Shown here: one piece after another, positions 47,352 to 57,900 of the stretch
Layout: every line of letters starts with the position of its first letter
Position numbering within the stretch: the stretch's first letter is position 1
Source of the DNA: Rickettsiales bacterium
Lineage (GTDB): Bacteria > Pseudomonadota > Alphaproteobacteria > Rickettsiales > SXRF01
DNA length: 64,000 bases
NCBI GenBank assembly: GCA_005792635.1
Contig: SXRF01000068.1
Location: 180 to 64,179, forward strand
Direction of reading: 5' to 3'
The notes under the pieces: generated by a model
Databases searched by the model: none
Seen by the model: the letters and a program-made list of their open reading frames with translations, nothing else
What the model was told of the DNA's origin: nothing
Made by a program: the position numbers and the translations under genes

Positions 47352-49547
47352 TTACGCCATAAACTCTGGCAGCCAGCTTTCATTAGTAGCTTTTAGTTGT
47401 TCAACTGATATTTTGTCGTCGCCAATAGTCAGTTGACTGACTTGCGTTTTCCCGATTAGGTAGGCTGGCACATTTATCGCTTTTGCCGCCGCTAGAATAT
47501 CCGCGCTGTTTCTTGCAGTGATTATATAGCGAGCTTGATCTTCACCGAACCAGAACCCAGCATCACCAATCGCTGTAATATCCGCGCCAATCCCATTTCT
47601 ATAAGTCATTTCGGCGATGGCAACTAGCAGCCCACCGTCGGAAATATCATGACAAGCGGTGATTTTTCCGCCCTCAATCATTGAGCGCACAAAATCGCCA
47701 TTGGCTTTTTCCGCCTGCAAATCAACTGTTGGTGGTAAGCCTTCTTCGCGTCCCAAAATCTCGCGCAGATATAACGAAGCTCCCAGATGTTCTTTGGTTT
47801 CACCAATCAGGATAATATCCTCACCAGCCGCCAGAAAACTATTACCCACGCGCTTGTTCACATCGCGCAAAATGCCAACACCGCCGATGGCTGGGGTGGG
47901 TTGAATGGCTGTGCCGCTGGTTTCGTTATATAGCGACACATTGCCCGAAATAATCGGGTAATTGAGTGCGCGGCAAGCCTCGCCCATACCCTGCAATGCG
48001 CCAACGATTTGCCCCATTATTTCGGGTTTTTCTGGGTTGCCGAAATTCAGGCAGTTGGTGATGGCAAGCGGCGTTGCGCCCACGGCGGTTAAATTCCGCC
48101 AAGTTTCGGCAACTGCTTGCTTTCCGCCCTCCACAGGGTCGGCGTAGCAATAGCGCGGTGTGCAGTCGGTGGTTATTGCCAATGCCTTATTCGTGCCATG
48201 CACGCGCACCACCGCAGCATCCCCACCACTTCGTGCCACAGTGTCATTGCCAACTTGGCTGTCATATTGTTCGTATATCCAGCGTTTGGAGCTTAAATCT
48301 GGAGACTTGAGCAGAGTGTGGAGTGTAGAGTGTAGAGTGTGGTGAGCAGGTAATTCAACACTCGTAACGAAGCACTCTACACTCCTCTTAATTTCATACG
48401 GTCGGTCGTAAATCGGAGCATCCGTTGAAACTGGCGCGATTGGCATATCAGCGACTACTTCGCCGTGCATTTTCAGCACGATATGCCCAGTATCGGTGAT
48501 TTTACCGATGGTGGCGAATGACAACTCCCATTTCTCAAACACAGCGCGGGCGATATGTTCTTTTTCTGGCTTAATCACCATCAGCATGCGCTCCTGCGAT
48601 TCTGAAAGCATGATTTCGTAAGGTGTCATGCCCACTTCGCGCATCGGCACTTTGTCCAAATCCATCTCAATTCCCGTGCCGCCTTTACCCGCCATTTCAA
48701 GGGATGAGGAGGTTAAGCCCGCCGCGCCCATGTCCTGAATGGCAAGGATGGTGTCAGTTTGCATGAGTTCAAGGCAAGCTTCAATGAGTAATTTTTCCGT
48801 AAAAGGATCTCCAACCTGCACAGTCGGGCGTTTTTCTTCGGAGTTTTCGCCGAATTCCGCTGAAGCCATCGTCGCGCCGTGGATGCCGTCGCGCCCTGTT
48901 TTGCTGCCGACATACACCACGCTGTTGCCAACGCCCGCCGCCGCCGAATAGAAGATTTTGTCTTGGTCAGCGATGCCAACGGTCATAGCATTGACGAGGA
49001 TATTGCCGTTATATGACGAGTGAAAATTGCACTCGCCGCCAACAGTGGGAACACCAACGCAGTTGCCATAGCCGCCGATGCCCGCCACCACGCCAGAAAG
49101 CAAATGTTTGGTTTTGGGGTGCGAAGGGTCGCCAAAGCGCAGCGCGTTCATATTCGCAATCGGACGCGCGCCCATGGTGAACACATCGTGCAGAATTCCG
49201 CCAACACCTGTGGCAGCACCCTGATATGGCTCAATGTAAGATGGGTGGTTGTGCGATTCCATTTTGAAAATCGCCGCTTGCCCGTCGCCAATGTCTATCA
49301 CGCCCGCGTTTTCCCCCGGCCCGCAGATGACCCAAGGTGCGCTGGTTGGCAAGTCGCGTAAGTGTTTGCGCGTGGTTTTATAAGAGCAATGCTCGCTCCA
49401 CATAACCGAGAAAATCCCCAGCTCCACCATGTTCGGCTCACGCCCCATGATTTTCAGCACGCGGGCATATTCATCAGGCGATAAGCCATGTTCAGCCACG
49501 ATTTGCGGGGTTATTTTTGATTCTATTCTTTGTGCAGCTTGGTTCAT
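47352..49547 (-). CDS. purL: Phosphoribosylformylglycinamidine synthase subunit PurL
   Basis: [21 protein letters not shown] and DCLNFGNPE-like motifs. The ATG at 49547 ([22 protein letters not shown]) is preferred over the TTG at 49598 used by the ORF track. Confidence 0.95.
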   Translation of the reverse strand: MNQAAQRIESKITPQIVAEHGLSPDEYARVLKIMGREPNMVELGIFSVMWSEHCSYKTTRKHLRDLPTSAPWVICGPGENAGVIDIGDGQAAIFKMESHNHPSYIEPYQGAATGVGGILHDVFTMGARPIANMNALRFGDPSHPKTKHLLSGVVAGIGGYGNCVGVPTVGGECNFHSSYNGNILVNAMTVGIADQDKIFYSAAAGVGNSVVYVGSKTGRDGIHGATMASAEFGENSEEKRPTVQVGDPFTEKLLIEACLELMQTDTILAIQDMGAAGLTSSSLEMAGKGGTGIEMDLDKVPMREVGMTPYEIMLSESQERMLMVIKPEKEHIARAVFEKWELSFATIGKITDTGHIVLKMHGEVVADMPIAPVSTDAPIYDRPYEIKRSVECFVTSVELPAHHTLHSTLHTLLKSPDLSSKRWIYEQYDSQVGNDTVARSGGDAAVVRVHGTNKALAITTDCTPRYCYADPVEGGKQAVAETWRNLTAVGATPLAITNCLNFGNPEKPEIMGQIVGALQGMGEACRALNYPIISGNVSLYNETSGTAIQPTPAIGGVGILRDVNKRVGNSFLAAGEDIILIGETKEHLGASLYLREILGREEGLPPTVDLQAEKANGDFVRSMIEGGKITACHDISDGGLLVAIAEMTYRNGIGADITAIGDAGFWFGEDQARYIITARNSADILAAAKAINVPAYLIGKTQVSQLTIGDDKISVEQLKATNESWLPEFMA
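48314..48386. repeat. GAGTGT-type heptad inverted repeat inside the purL coding sequence
   Basis: GAGTGTG GAGTGTA GAGTGTA GAGTGTG (48314-48341), a loop, then CACTCTA CACTCCT (48373-48386). On the minus strand it is translated as ...[17 protein letters not shown].... Confidence 0.88.
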
Positions 49548-49575
49548 AAAATTGATTACTTTTTGATGGTGTTTT

Positions 49576-50334
49576 CTAGCTTCTTTTAATAGGTTCAATC
49601 TGTTTTTGTATGTTTTTTATGTATTCATCAATTTTAAACTCCATTTTTGTACACATTTTTATCAATTCCTGCATTTTTAGGTCAATATAACTACCTTCAT
49701 ACTGTTCTGGGAGGAGATAGTCATTAACTTTATCTACGCTATAGGTAGGCAACAATTTATTAAACTCTTGTTCATATTCTTCAAAAGAAAAAGATTTATT
49801 GTTTTGTACCCACTCATTCATATCGTTGAATATGTTTATATTAGCATTTTCAGCGTATTCTTCATATTTATTATCCAATCCTTGTTCTATTAATCTATTT
49901 TTTTCATCTCTTATAACATTCCAATTTTTCTGTATACCATCAGATAATTTTTGAAAACCGTCTTTAAATTGAGCGATACCTGATATTATTCCATTACGCA
50001 AATCAGACAAATTTTCACCAGTAACTCTATCTGTATAAAGGTAAGAACTTAAAAGATTTCTGAGCCCTGACAGCATATTTATGTAAAAACTCTCATCTGA
50101 AGATGTATTACTATTATCCTTTAATCCTTTGATTATATAACCATACTCACCAACAGAACAGTATAAAGGCGAGTTTTGTAATGAAGGATTTTTAGTTCCG
50201 ATCTTGTGATACAAAATATCGTTTATTATTCCCTTTTTATCTTCCGTAGCTATTGAAAGAATAATAGCATCTATGTCTTTACATATGCTGTCAGGAGTGA
50301 TTTCTGCTTGTGACTTCTGTGCGGCGGTATTCAT
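49576..50334 (-). CDS. Hypothetical protein, strongly AT-rich orphan directly upstream of purL
   Basis: 252-aa ORF, Asn/Ile/Lys/Glu-rich. Sampled 60-nt lines give about 32-37% G+C, against about 53% for a purL line. No family recognised. Confidence 0.6.
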   Translation of the reverse strand: MNTAAQKSQAEITPDSICKDIDAIILSIATEDKKGIINDILYHKIGTKNPSLQNSPLYCSVGEYGYIIKGLKDNSNTSSDESFYINMLSGLRNLLSSYLYTDRVTGENLSDLRNGIISGIAQFKDGFQKLSDGIQKNWNVIRDEKNRLIEQGLDNKYEEYAENANINIFNDMNEWVQNNKSFSFEEYEQEFNKLLPTYSVDKVNDYLLPEQYEGSYIDLKMQELIKMCTKMEFKIDEYIKNIQKQIEPIKRS

Positions 50335-50437
50335 ACAATAATTGTTTTTTTCGGTTAATTTTCAGGATAAACTAACAATATCCAAAAGATTTGCAATATA
50401 TTTTGACTTATTATCAAGATAATTGGATAATCGGCGG

Positions 50438-51706
50438 ATGCGTAATTTTACTATTTTCTATTTTTTGTTGCTTTCTTTCTTCTTAGAGCCTCTTCATAAT
50501 CTCGCTCCAGCGCAAGCGAAAACAGTTGTTTCCGAGAACCGCAGCGCAGTGTACACAAAGTACATGAGCAGCGGAAGCACAGGAAATGACTGTTTGCAGC
50601 AAGCTGGAGTAGAGATTAGGAGCAGGCTCTTGGGCGCGACTGCCTGTGCGGAGAACTCTGTTCCTGCCCGCTATATAGTTTCGTTAGAAACCGCGCTGCA
50701 TGACTACGAAAAACTGGCGACAAGTGGCGGTTGGGAAGCGTTTCCCGCTGGCAAGAGCATAAAATTAAATAATCAAGACCAGCGCGTCCCCACCCTCCGC
50801 AAAATACTTAAAACTATGGGCGATAATCCTGACGACGCGGCTCTGGATTCTGATATATTGGACGCGCAATTGTCGGAGGCGGTGAAAAAATTTCAGCTTC
50901 GCCATGGTCTAGAGCCAGATGGCGCGGTTGGCAAGCAAACGCAATCCGCTCTTGCCGTCCCTGTCCAAGCTCGCATAGTACAAATGCAGAAAACTCTGGA
51001 AAAAATGCGGGATATGCAGGTTATTGGTGGGTTTGGCGATCGCTATATATTGGTGAATGTTGCGGGTTTTTACTTGCAAGCCGTGGATAAAGACCTCCCA
51101 ACCATTAATTCCAAGATTATCGTGGGCAATCGGCAAAATCACACGCCGCTTTTTCAAAGCATGATAACCGAGGTTAGCTTCAATCCACCGTGGTATGTGC
51201 CAGAGCGTATCGCCCGCGAGGAAATTATCCAGAAACAGCGCGAAGACCCAGAATTTTTGAGCAAGGGTAACTATATGGTGACGACGCGTGATGGTAAAAT
51301 TATAGACCATGACGCTGTGGATTGGAATAATGTTGACGCTAGCCCATATCGCTTTACCCAGCGGGCGGGTGAGAAAAGTGCGCTGGGCAAGGTTAAATTC
51401 AACCTGCCTGATACGGATAACATTTATCTGCACTCCACTGGCACACCGAAATTATTTGCAAAAGCGCAGCGCGCTTTTAGCCATGGTTGCATCCGTGTGG
51501 AAAAAGCCCGCGAATTGATTGATTTTGTGCTAAAAGGACAAGAAGGCTGGGACGCTGAGCGCATTGCAAAATTTTATGATGGCAGTGCGTCACGAATTAT
51601 CAGCGTAACCGCGCCACCGCCAGTTTATTTAGTTTATTGGACAAGCTGGGTCGATGAATCTAGCAACCGTCCGTATTTTTACCAAGATATTTATGCGAAA
51701 TATTAG
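50438..51706 (+). CDS. L,D-transpeptidase with peptidoglycan-binding domain (YcbB/LdtD-like)
   Basis: PG-binding repeat (AVKKFQLRHGLEPDGAVGKQT) and YkuD catalytic motif SHGCIRV. The signal peptide follows the ATG at 50438. Confidence 0.85.
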   Translation: MRNFTIFYFLLLSFFLEPLHNLAPAQAKTVVSENRSAVYTKYMSSGSTGNDCLQQAGVEIRSRLLGATACAENSVPARYIVSLETALHDYEKLATSGGWEAFPAGKSIKLNNQDQRVPTLRKILKTMGDNPDDAALDSDILDAQLSEAVKKFQLRHGLEPDGAVGKQTQSALAVPVQARIVQMQKTLEKMRDMQVIGGFGDRYILVNVAGFYLQAVDKDLPTINSKIIVGNRQNHTPLFQSMITEVSFNPPWYVPERIAREEIIQKQREDPEFLSKGNYMVTTRDGKIIDHDAVDWNNVDASPYRFTQRAGEKSALGKVKFNLPDTDNIYLHSTGTPKLFAKAQRAFSHGCIRVEKARELIDFVLKGQEGWDAERIAKFYDGSASRIISVTAPPPVYLVYWTSWVDESSNRPYFYQDIYAKY

Positions 51707-52172
51707 AATGCCCCGCGTCGCGTTGGTGATAGCAATCGCCCTGCTTGCCTTTTCAGCCCATGCTGCGACTATGCCAGCAGTAAAATACATTGCTGAAAAT
51801 GGTGCAAAACAAACGGTTGATTTTAGCAAAAACCGCCTGACCGCGCTGCATTTTTGGGCGACATGGTGCAGCCCGTGCGTGGAGGAGTTTCCGCAAGTAA
51901 GCCGCATCCAAGAAAAATATCAAAATAGAGGGTTTCAGGTGATTGCCTTGTCGCTTGATACACAAAAAGAACAGGTGAAAAAATTCTTTGCTGAAGAAAA
52001 TATCAGAAATCTCGCGCCATTATTCGATGGTGGAAATTCGCAAGCCTTAAAAATTCGCGGGCTGCCAACTACGATTTTTGTGAATAGTAGCGGCGAAGCA
52101 ATAGCGCGAATTGACGGCGCGGTGGATTGGCAAAGTGAAAAAATAAACAGATTTATTGAGCGGAATCTATAG
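51693..52172 (+). CDS. TlpA-like periplasmic thiol:disulfide oxidoreductase
   Basis: Signal peptide ...ALLAFSAHA and thioredoxin motif FWATWCSPCVEEFP. The start could be the ATG at 51693 or at 51708. Confidence 0.8.
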   Translation: MRNIRMPRVALVIAIALLAFSAHAATMPAVKYIAENGAKQTVDFSKNRLTALHFWATWCSPCVEEFPQVSRIQEKYQNRGFQVIALSLDTQKEQVKKFFAEENIRNLAPLFDGGNSQALKIRGLPTTIFVNSSGEAIARIDGAVDWQSEKINRFIERNL

Positions 52173-52974
52173 CCGCTGTAATTCTTTCCAACGCTTTGTA
52201 ATCTGTCATGTCCATATTAATTGGAGTAACAGTGATATAACCATTTTCTAGAAAATCTATATCCACGCCTGTTTTTTCTGGTGTATTGTCGCGGTCACCC
52301 CCCAGCCAGAAATACGGCCTGCCCTTTGGGTCGGCGCGTTCACTAAGCTTTACCGTCATCATCCGCTTTCCCTGCGAGCAAACTTTTACGCCGCGCACCT
52401 TGCTTGCCGCGCAATTCGGAAAATTCAGATTTATTAGCGTATTTTCCGCCCAACCAACCGCTATTAGCTTTTTAATAATCTCTGGCGCAAATTTTTCCGC
52501 TGTTTCCCAGTGCGCTTTTTCAGAATCCTCCGTTAGCAAGCTAAGCGCAATGCTCGGAATATTGAGGACTGTTCCCTCCATCGCCGCCGCCACTGTCCCC
52601 GAATAAGTCACATCATCACCAACATTTGAGCCGCGATTAACACCTGAAAGCAACAGCGTTGGTTTTTGTTTGGCGGGAATAATCTGCTTGAGCGCGAGCA
52701 GAACGCAGTCAGTCGGTGTGCCGCTAACGGCAAATCGCCGCGCCTCAATTTTTCGCACCCGCACAGGCAGGTGCAAAGTCAGCGAATGCCCAGCTCCGCT
52801 TTGCTCAGTTTCGGGTGCAACCACCCAAATATCATCAGAAATCGCCTGTGCGATGCGCTCTAAAGCCCGCAAGCCATCGGCATTGATGCCATCGTCGTTG
52901 GAAAGTAAAATTTTAGGAGGTATGGTTTGTGGCTTATGGCTTGAGGAAGAAGCGGACGAGGAAGAAATAGACAT
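52153..52974 (-). CDS. surE: 5'/3'-nucleotidase SurE with Ser-rich N-terminal extension
   Basis: ILLSNDDGINADGLRAL and GSNVGDDVTYSGTVAAAMEG. These are preceded by MSISSSSASSSSHKPQTIPPK. Confidence 0.9.
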   Translation of the reverse strand: MSISSSSASSSSHKPQTIPPKILLSNDDGINADGLRALERIAQAISDDIWVVAPETEQSGAGHSLTLHLPVRVRKIEARRFAVSGTPTDCVLLALKQIIPAKQKPTLLLSGVNRGSNVGDDVTYSGTVAAAMEGTVLNIPSIALSLLTEDSEKAHWETAEKFAPEIIKKLIAVGWAENTLINLNFPNCAASKVRGVKVCSQGKRMMTVKLSERADPKGRPYFWLGGDRDNTPEKTGVDIDFLENGYITVTPINMDMTDYKALERITAAIDSAQ

Positions 52975-53063
52975 GAGTTACGCAATGTATGATTTTTTAG
53001 GTTTATCTAATTATGAGATTGCTGTAACTATCGCACAGCATTTAATTTTTGAAAAGGAATAAT

Positions 53064-54071
53064 ATGCAAAATTTTGCAACGGATGTAGTGGTGATTGGGG
53101 CTGGGCCTGCTGGGTTGTTCTCGGTTTTTGAGCTGGGAATGCTTAAATTAAAAGCGCATGTGGTGGACGCTCTCGATGCGCTTGGCGGTCAGTGTAGTGC
53201 GCTGTATCCTGAAAAACCGATTTACGATATACCCGCGCATCCGAGCATCCTCGCGCAGGATTTGGTGGATAAACTTGCCGCGCAAGCTGCGCCATTTACG
53301 CCGACTTATCACCTTGGGCAGCGGGTAGAAAAGCTAGTAAAAACCGACTCTGGCTGGCAGGTTATTACCTCAAAAAATCTGCAAATAGCTTGCAAAGCCA
53401 TCATCATTGCCGCTGGTTGCGGTGCATTTGGGCCAAACCGCCCGCCGATGGAAAATCTGGAGCAGTTTGAAGGCAAAAGCGTGTTTTATTTCGTGAATAA
53501 ACGCGAGGATTTTCGTGGGAAAAAAGTAGTAATCGCTGGTGGTGGCGACTCGGCGGTGGACTGGGCTATTTCGCTTTCGGAACTTGCGGAAAAAATCTTC
53601 GTGGTGCATCGTCGTCCGAAATTCCGCTGCGCTCCTGAATCCGCCGCCAAGCTGCAAGAACTGGCGGATAGCGGCAAGATTGAGCTAGTGATACCATACC
53701 AGCTTGACGGTCTTGAAGGTGAAAATGGCTCACTGAAAAATGTGATTGTCAGTACTCTGGAGGGTGAAAAACGCGCTCTGCCTGCGGATGTTTTGCTGCC
53801 ATTTTTCGGGCTGTCTATGGAGCTGGGTGAAATCGCAAATTGGGGATTAAATCTGGAGAGCAACCATATAACTGTGAACCAAACCACGATGGCGACGAAT
53901 GTTGCGGGAATTTTTGCCATTGGCGACATTGCGACATACTCTGGCAAGTTGAAGCTCATCCTTTCTGGCTTTGCCGAAGCGGCGACCGCGGCGCACAGCG
54001 CACATAAAATCTGCCGACCTGATGAGGTGTTGCATTTTGAATATTCAACCACTAGCGGAGTGCCGAAGTGA
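53064..54071 (+). CDS. Ferredoxin--NADP(+) reductase, thioredoxin-reductase-like type
   Basis: VVVIGAGPAGL, GGQCSALYPEKPIYDIP and GGGDSAVDWA, with no CxxC redox pair. ATG at 53064 after AAGGA. Confidence 0.8.
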   Translation: MQNFATDVVVIGAGPAGLFSVFELGMLKLKAHVVDALDALGGQCSALYPEKPIYDIPAHPSILAQDLVDKLAAQAAPFTPTYHLGQRVEKLVKTDSGWQVITSKNLQIACKAIIIAAGCGAFGPNRPPMENLEQFEGKSVFYFVNKREDFRGKKVVIAGGGDSAVDWAISLSELAEKIFVVHRRPKFRCAPESAAKLQELADSGKIELVIPYQLDGLEGENGSLKNVIVSTLEGEKRALPADVLLPFFGLSMELGEIANWGLNLESNHITVNQTTMATNVAGIFAIGDIATYSGKLKLILSGFAEAATAAHSAHKICRPDEVLHFEYSTTSGVPK

Positions 54072-54087
54072 TGAGTGCAATTCGTTT

Positions 54088-54183
54088 CTGTCGTCATTCC
54101 GCCGAAGGGCGGAATCCATGCCTAACCGCAAGTGTATCGCTAGTTGTTTGGCATGGATACCAGCCTTCGCTGGTATGACAAGG
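54088..54183 (+). repeat. GTCAT...ATGAC multi-hairpin element, copy 2
   Basis: CTGTCGTCAT TCCGCC-GAAG-GGCGGAAT CCATGCC ...variable... GGCATGG ATACCAGC-CTTC-GCTGGTAT GACAAG. It matches the reverse complement of 28441-28533, with compensatory stem changes. Confidence 0.85.
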
Positions 54184-54226
54184 CGAGAGGTTGATGGAAA
54201 ACACATTTGTATATTATGGAGAAGTG

Positions 54227-55090
54227 ATGATCAAAACAAAAATAATTGATGGCAAGAAATTTGCGGAGAATTTGCGGGCGGATATTGCGCTGCGTGTGGC
54301 GAAATTAAAGGCTGAAAAAGGCATAACCGCTGGGTTGGCGGTGGTGCTGGTGGGCAGTGACCCCGCCAGCGAGGTTTATGTCCGCAATAAAGGCAAGCAA
54401 ACCCGCGAGGCGGGCATGGAATCTTTTGAATTCCATTTCCCAGAAACCACCAGCGAAGCCGCGCTACTCGCCAAAATTAATGAGCTTAATAATGACACCT
54501 GCGTTCACGGCATTTTGGTGCAGCTACCACTGCCCAAACATATTAATGAAGAGGCGGTTATCAACGCCATTTCACCAGAAAAGGATGTGGATGGTTTTCA
54601 TGTCATCAATGCGGGCAAGCTGGCAACGGGTCAGCCAAGCTTTGTTCCCTGCACACCGCTTGGTTGCTTGATGTTGCTGCGCGACGCGGTTGGCGATTTG
54701 TCTGGTAAAAACGCGGTGGTTATTGGTCGTTCCAATATTGTGGGTAAGCCGATGGCGGCGTTGTTGCTTGGCGAAAGCTGCACGGTTACCATCGCCCATT
54801 CGCGCACAAAGGATTTGCCAGCATTGCTTAAAACCGCGGATATTGTGGTTGCCGCCGTTGGTCGCCCGAATATGGTGAAGGGCGAGTGGCTAAAGCAAGG
54901 CGCGGTGGTGATTGATGTTGGCATCAACCGCATTGACGACGCGGAAGCTGGAAAAACCAAGCTGGTTGGCGATGTAGATTTTGCGAGCTGTGATGGCATC
55001 GCCGCCGCCATCACTCCCGTCCCAGGTGGCGTTGGGCCAATGACCATAGCCTGCTTGTTGGAAAACACCATCCGCGCGGCTTCTGCTTAG
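54227..55090 (+). CDS. folD: Bifunctional methylenetetrahydrofolate dehydrogenase/cyclohydrolase FolD
   Basis: [13 protein letters not shown]..., [33 protein letters not shown] and [14 protein letters not shown] at 54227. Confidence 0.95.
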   Translation: MIKTKIIDGKKFAENLRADIALRVAKLKAEKGITAGLAVVLVGSDPASEVYVRNKGKQTREAGMESFEFHFPETTSEAALLAKINELNNDTCVHGILVQLPLPKHINEEAVINAISPEKDVDGFHVINAGKLATGQPSFVPCTPLGCLMLLRDAVGDLSGKNAVVIGRSNIVGKPMAALLLGESCTVTIAHSRTKDLPALLKTADIVVAAVGRPNMVKGEWLKQGAVVIDVGINRIDDAEAGKTKLVGDVDFASCDGIAAAITPVPGGVGPMTIACLLENTIRAASA

Positions 55091-55264
55091 TGTAGATAAA
55101 ACTATCAGTTTTCGTCATTGCATCCAGAAATGTCAGAAAACCCACTACCAGCGCATATTTTCCTGTGCTATGGTTGTTTTATGGTGCTTGTGGGCGCAGT
55201 AAATATTTATTTTGTTTGACTAAATGAAAGGTGTTTTTTTACTTGCACTTGATAATCATTCTCA

Positions 55265-56803
55265 CTAATGCCTAAAATGCCGAATTCCCGTAAATACCAT
55301 AGCGATTTTATGTTTATCGGCGGCGGCGATAACTTCTTCGTCGCGGATTGATCCGCTAGGCTGAATAATCGCGGAAATTCCCGCCTCTGCCGCCATTTCC
55401 ACATTATCGGCAAAGGGGAAAAATGCGTCCGATGCTAGCACGCAGCCAGCGGTTTCCAGCCCTGCTTCCTTGGCTTTCCAGCAGGCGATGCGCGTGGAGT
55501 CAATGCGGCTCATTTGCCCCGCGCCGATGCCAACCGTTGCGCCGTTTTTGGCAAGCACGATGGTGTTGGATTTAACATGTTTAGCCACGGTAAAGGCAAA
55601 CTGCATATCGGCGAATTGCTGTGCGCTTGGCGCGGTTTTCGTCGCGGTTTTGAGCGCGTCTTTAGTCACGATATTATCATCATCCTGATATAAAAACCCG
55701 CCTGAAATAGTTTTTATGGTCATTTTCGTGGCTGGTTTTTGCACTTCGCCAGAAAGGAGAAGTTTAAGTTTCTTGCGGGTTTCTAGCTGGGCAGTCGCGC
55801 CCGCGTCAGCATCGGGCGCAATCATCACTTCCAGAAATAATTTGCCAAGAGCATCAGCAAATTCAGGGGTTAGTGGGCGGTTGGTGGCAATAATTCCGCC
55901 ATAAGCCGACACAGGGTCGCAGGCGAGAGCTTTAGTAAAAGCCTCCACGATATTCGCACCCACCGCTACACCGCAAGGATTCGCGTGCTTTACAATAACC
56001 ACCGCAGGTTCAGAAAATTCACGCACTAGCTCAAACGCAGCACTAGCGTCATTTAAGTTATTATAGCTCAACTCCGCGCCTTGCACTTGTCGTGCGCCAG
56101 CCAGCGTTCCACGCGCATCGCCACTTACATAAAACGCAGCTTTTTGATGCGGGTTTTCGCCGTAATGCAGATTTTGTTTTAGCTTGCCAGCAATAGTCAG
56201 GCTTTGCGGAAAATGCGTGTCGTTTTGGGCATTAAACCAGCCGCTAATCGCCGCGTCATACGCTGCCGTTTTGCTATAAGCCTTTGCCGCTAGTTTCTTG
56301 CGGGTTTCAAGGGTGGTTGCGCCATTGTTGGCTTTCATTTCCTTGGTTATGCTAGCATAATCGCTCGGGTCAACTACGATGGTAACAAAGGCGTGATTTT
56401 TGGCGGCACTGCGCACCATACTTGGCCCGCCGATGTCTATATTTTCTATACAAGTGGCAAAATCTGCGCCATTGGCAACGGTTTCTTCAAATGGGTATAG
56501 ATTGATAACCACCAGATCAATCGGCGAAATATCATGCTCCGCCATGGCTTTTTGATGCTCGGAATTATCGCGCACGGCAAGCAAACCGCCATGAATTTTT
56601 GGGTGCAGGGTCTTCACCCGCCCGTCCATAATCTCTGGGAATCCAGTATGCTCGGAAACATCCTTCACCGCGATGCCAGCGTCGCGCAGAGTCTTCGCCG
56701 TCCCCCCCGTAGAAAGGATCTCCACACCGCCCGCCGACAGAAATTTAGCAAATTCTAACAATCCAGCTTTATCGGAAACTGAAATTAAAGCGCGTTTTAT
56801 CAT
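55265..56803 (-). CDS. purH: Bifunctional AICAR transformylase/IMP cyclohydrolase PurH
   Basis: 512 aa with [12 protein letters not shown]...GGTAKTL...[13 protein letters not shown] and the C-terminus ...TGIRHFRH. Confidence 0.96.
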   Translation of the reverse strand: MIKRALISVSDKAGLLEFAKFLSAGGVEILSTGGTAKTLRDAGIAVKDVSEHTGFPEIMDGRVKTLHPKIHGGLLAVRDNSEHQKAMAEHDISPIDLVVINLYPFEETVANGADFATCIENIDIGGPSMVRSAAKNHAFVTIVVDPSDYASITKEMKANNGATTLETRKKLAAKAYSKTAAYDAAISGWFNAQNDTHFPQSLTIAGKLKQNLHYGENPHQKAAFYVSGDARGTLAGARQVQGAELSYNNLNDASAAFELVREFSEPAVVIVKHANPCGVAVGANIVEAFTKALACDPVSAYGGIIATNRPLTPEFADALGKLFLEVMIAPDADAGATAQLETRKKLKLLLSGEVQKPATKMTIKTISGGFLYQDDDNIVTKDALKTATKTAPSAQQFADMQFAFTVAKHVKSNTIVLAKNGATVGIGAGQMSRIDSTRIACWKAKEAGLETAGCVLASDAFFPFADNVEMAAEAGISAIIQPSGSIRDEEVIAAADKHKIAMVFTGIRHFRH

Positions 56804-56891
56804 TATTTTTTCTTCTTTATAATTTGTAAAATTGATATTCGTAAGTTACAGCTTATTAGTATAATCTATTCGTGGTAGGCAACAAAAATAT

Positions 56892-57896
56892 ATGATAAAC
56901 AGCACAAAACAGCGTATTTTCTCTGGCGTTCAGCCGACTGGCAACTTGCATCTGGGCAATTATTTGGGTGCAATTCGCCGTTGGGTGGATATGCAGCACG
57001 ATGCGCAGAGCCTGTTTTGCATTGTGGATTTGCACGCGATTACTGTGCCGCAAGACCCTGTAAAACTGCGGGCTTCAGTGCGGGAAACGGCGGCGGCATA
57101 TATCGCTTGCGGCATTGACGCGCAGAAAAACATTATCTTTCCACAATCAGCGATTGCCGCCCATGCCGAGCTGGCATGGATACTTTCCTGCCAAACGCCG
57201 ATGGGTTGGCTAAACCGCATGACGCAGTTTAAGGAAAAGGCGGGAAAAGACAAGGAAAAAGCCTGTCTTGGCTTGTATTCGTACCCTGTTCTCATGGCGG
57301 CAGATATTTTGCTCTATAAGGCAACGGTTGTGCCTGTTGGCGAGGATCAGAAGCAGCATATTGAGCTAGCACGCGACATTGCGGGGGCGTTCAACCGCGC
57401 ATATGGGCAGGAGTTTTTCCCGCTGCCAGAGCCAGTAATTGCGCCAGAAGCTGCGCGGATTATGTCGCTTCGTGACGGCACGAAAAAAATGAGCAAGTCC
57501 GATGAGTCCGACTATTCACGGATAAACCTAACCGATGATGCGGACGCTATCGCGCTCAAATTCCGCAAGGCAAAATCGGATATGATAGACGGAATGAGCT
57601 ATGCCACAGACCGACCAGAAGCAGCGAATTTGCTCAGTATTTACGCAGCACTCAAGGGCATAAGCAAGGAAGTGGCGCTCGCGGAATGTGGGAATATGAA
57701 TTTTTCTGCATTCAAAGGCTTGCTGACTGAAGTTGCTGTTGCTAATCTTTCGCCAATAACCGCGAAAATGCGCGAATTGCTTGCTGATACGGGCTATATT
57801 GATAAAATTTTGCGTGACGGAACACAGCGGGCAGGTGAGATAGCTAGCAAAACAATGAATGAAGTGAAGGACTTAAGTGGGTTTTTGAAGGTGTGA
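56892..57896 (+). CDS. trpS: Tryptophan--tRNA ligase
   Basis: 334 aa with [17 protein letters not shown] (HIGH-type motif) and KMSKS. Confidence 0.96.
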   Translation: MINSTKQRIFSGVQPTGNLHLGNYLGAIRRWVDMQHDAQSLFCIVDLHAITVPQDPVKLRASVRETAAAYIACGIDAQKNIIFPQSAIAAHAELAWILSCQTPMGWLNRMTQFKEKAGKDKEKACLGLYSYPVLMAADILLYKATVVPVGEDQKQHIELARDIAGAFNRAYGQEFFPLPEPVIAPEAARIMSLRDGTKKMSKSDESDYSRINLTDDADAIALKFRKAKSDMIDGMSYATDRPEAANLLSIYAALKGISKEVALAECGNMNFSAFKGLLTEVAVANLSPITAKMRELLADTGYIDKILRDGTQRAGEIASKTMNEVKDLSGFLKV

Positions 57897-57900
57897 ATTT

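Noticed and set aside
52921-52974. The Ser-rich SurE N-terminal extension (MSISSSSASSSS), encoded by GGCTTAT GGCTTGA GGAAGAA GCGGACG AGGAAGA, considered as another heptad element.
   Set aside because: The periodicity is weak. The only complementary segment (52869-52876) lies in the conserved DGLRAL coding motif, so the similarity to the leuS element may be chance. It is noted but not counted.
56804-56891. ZTP (pfl) riboswitch upstream of purH, and similarly upstream of folD (54072-54226).
   Set aside because: The purH-trpS spacer is AT-rich and has no CCGCCTGGGC-type core. The folD upstream region is instead occupied by the GTCAT...ATGAC repeat element.
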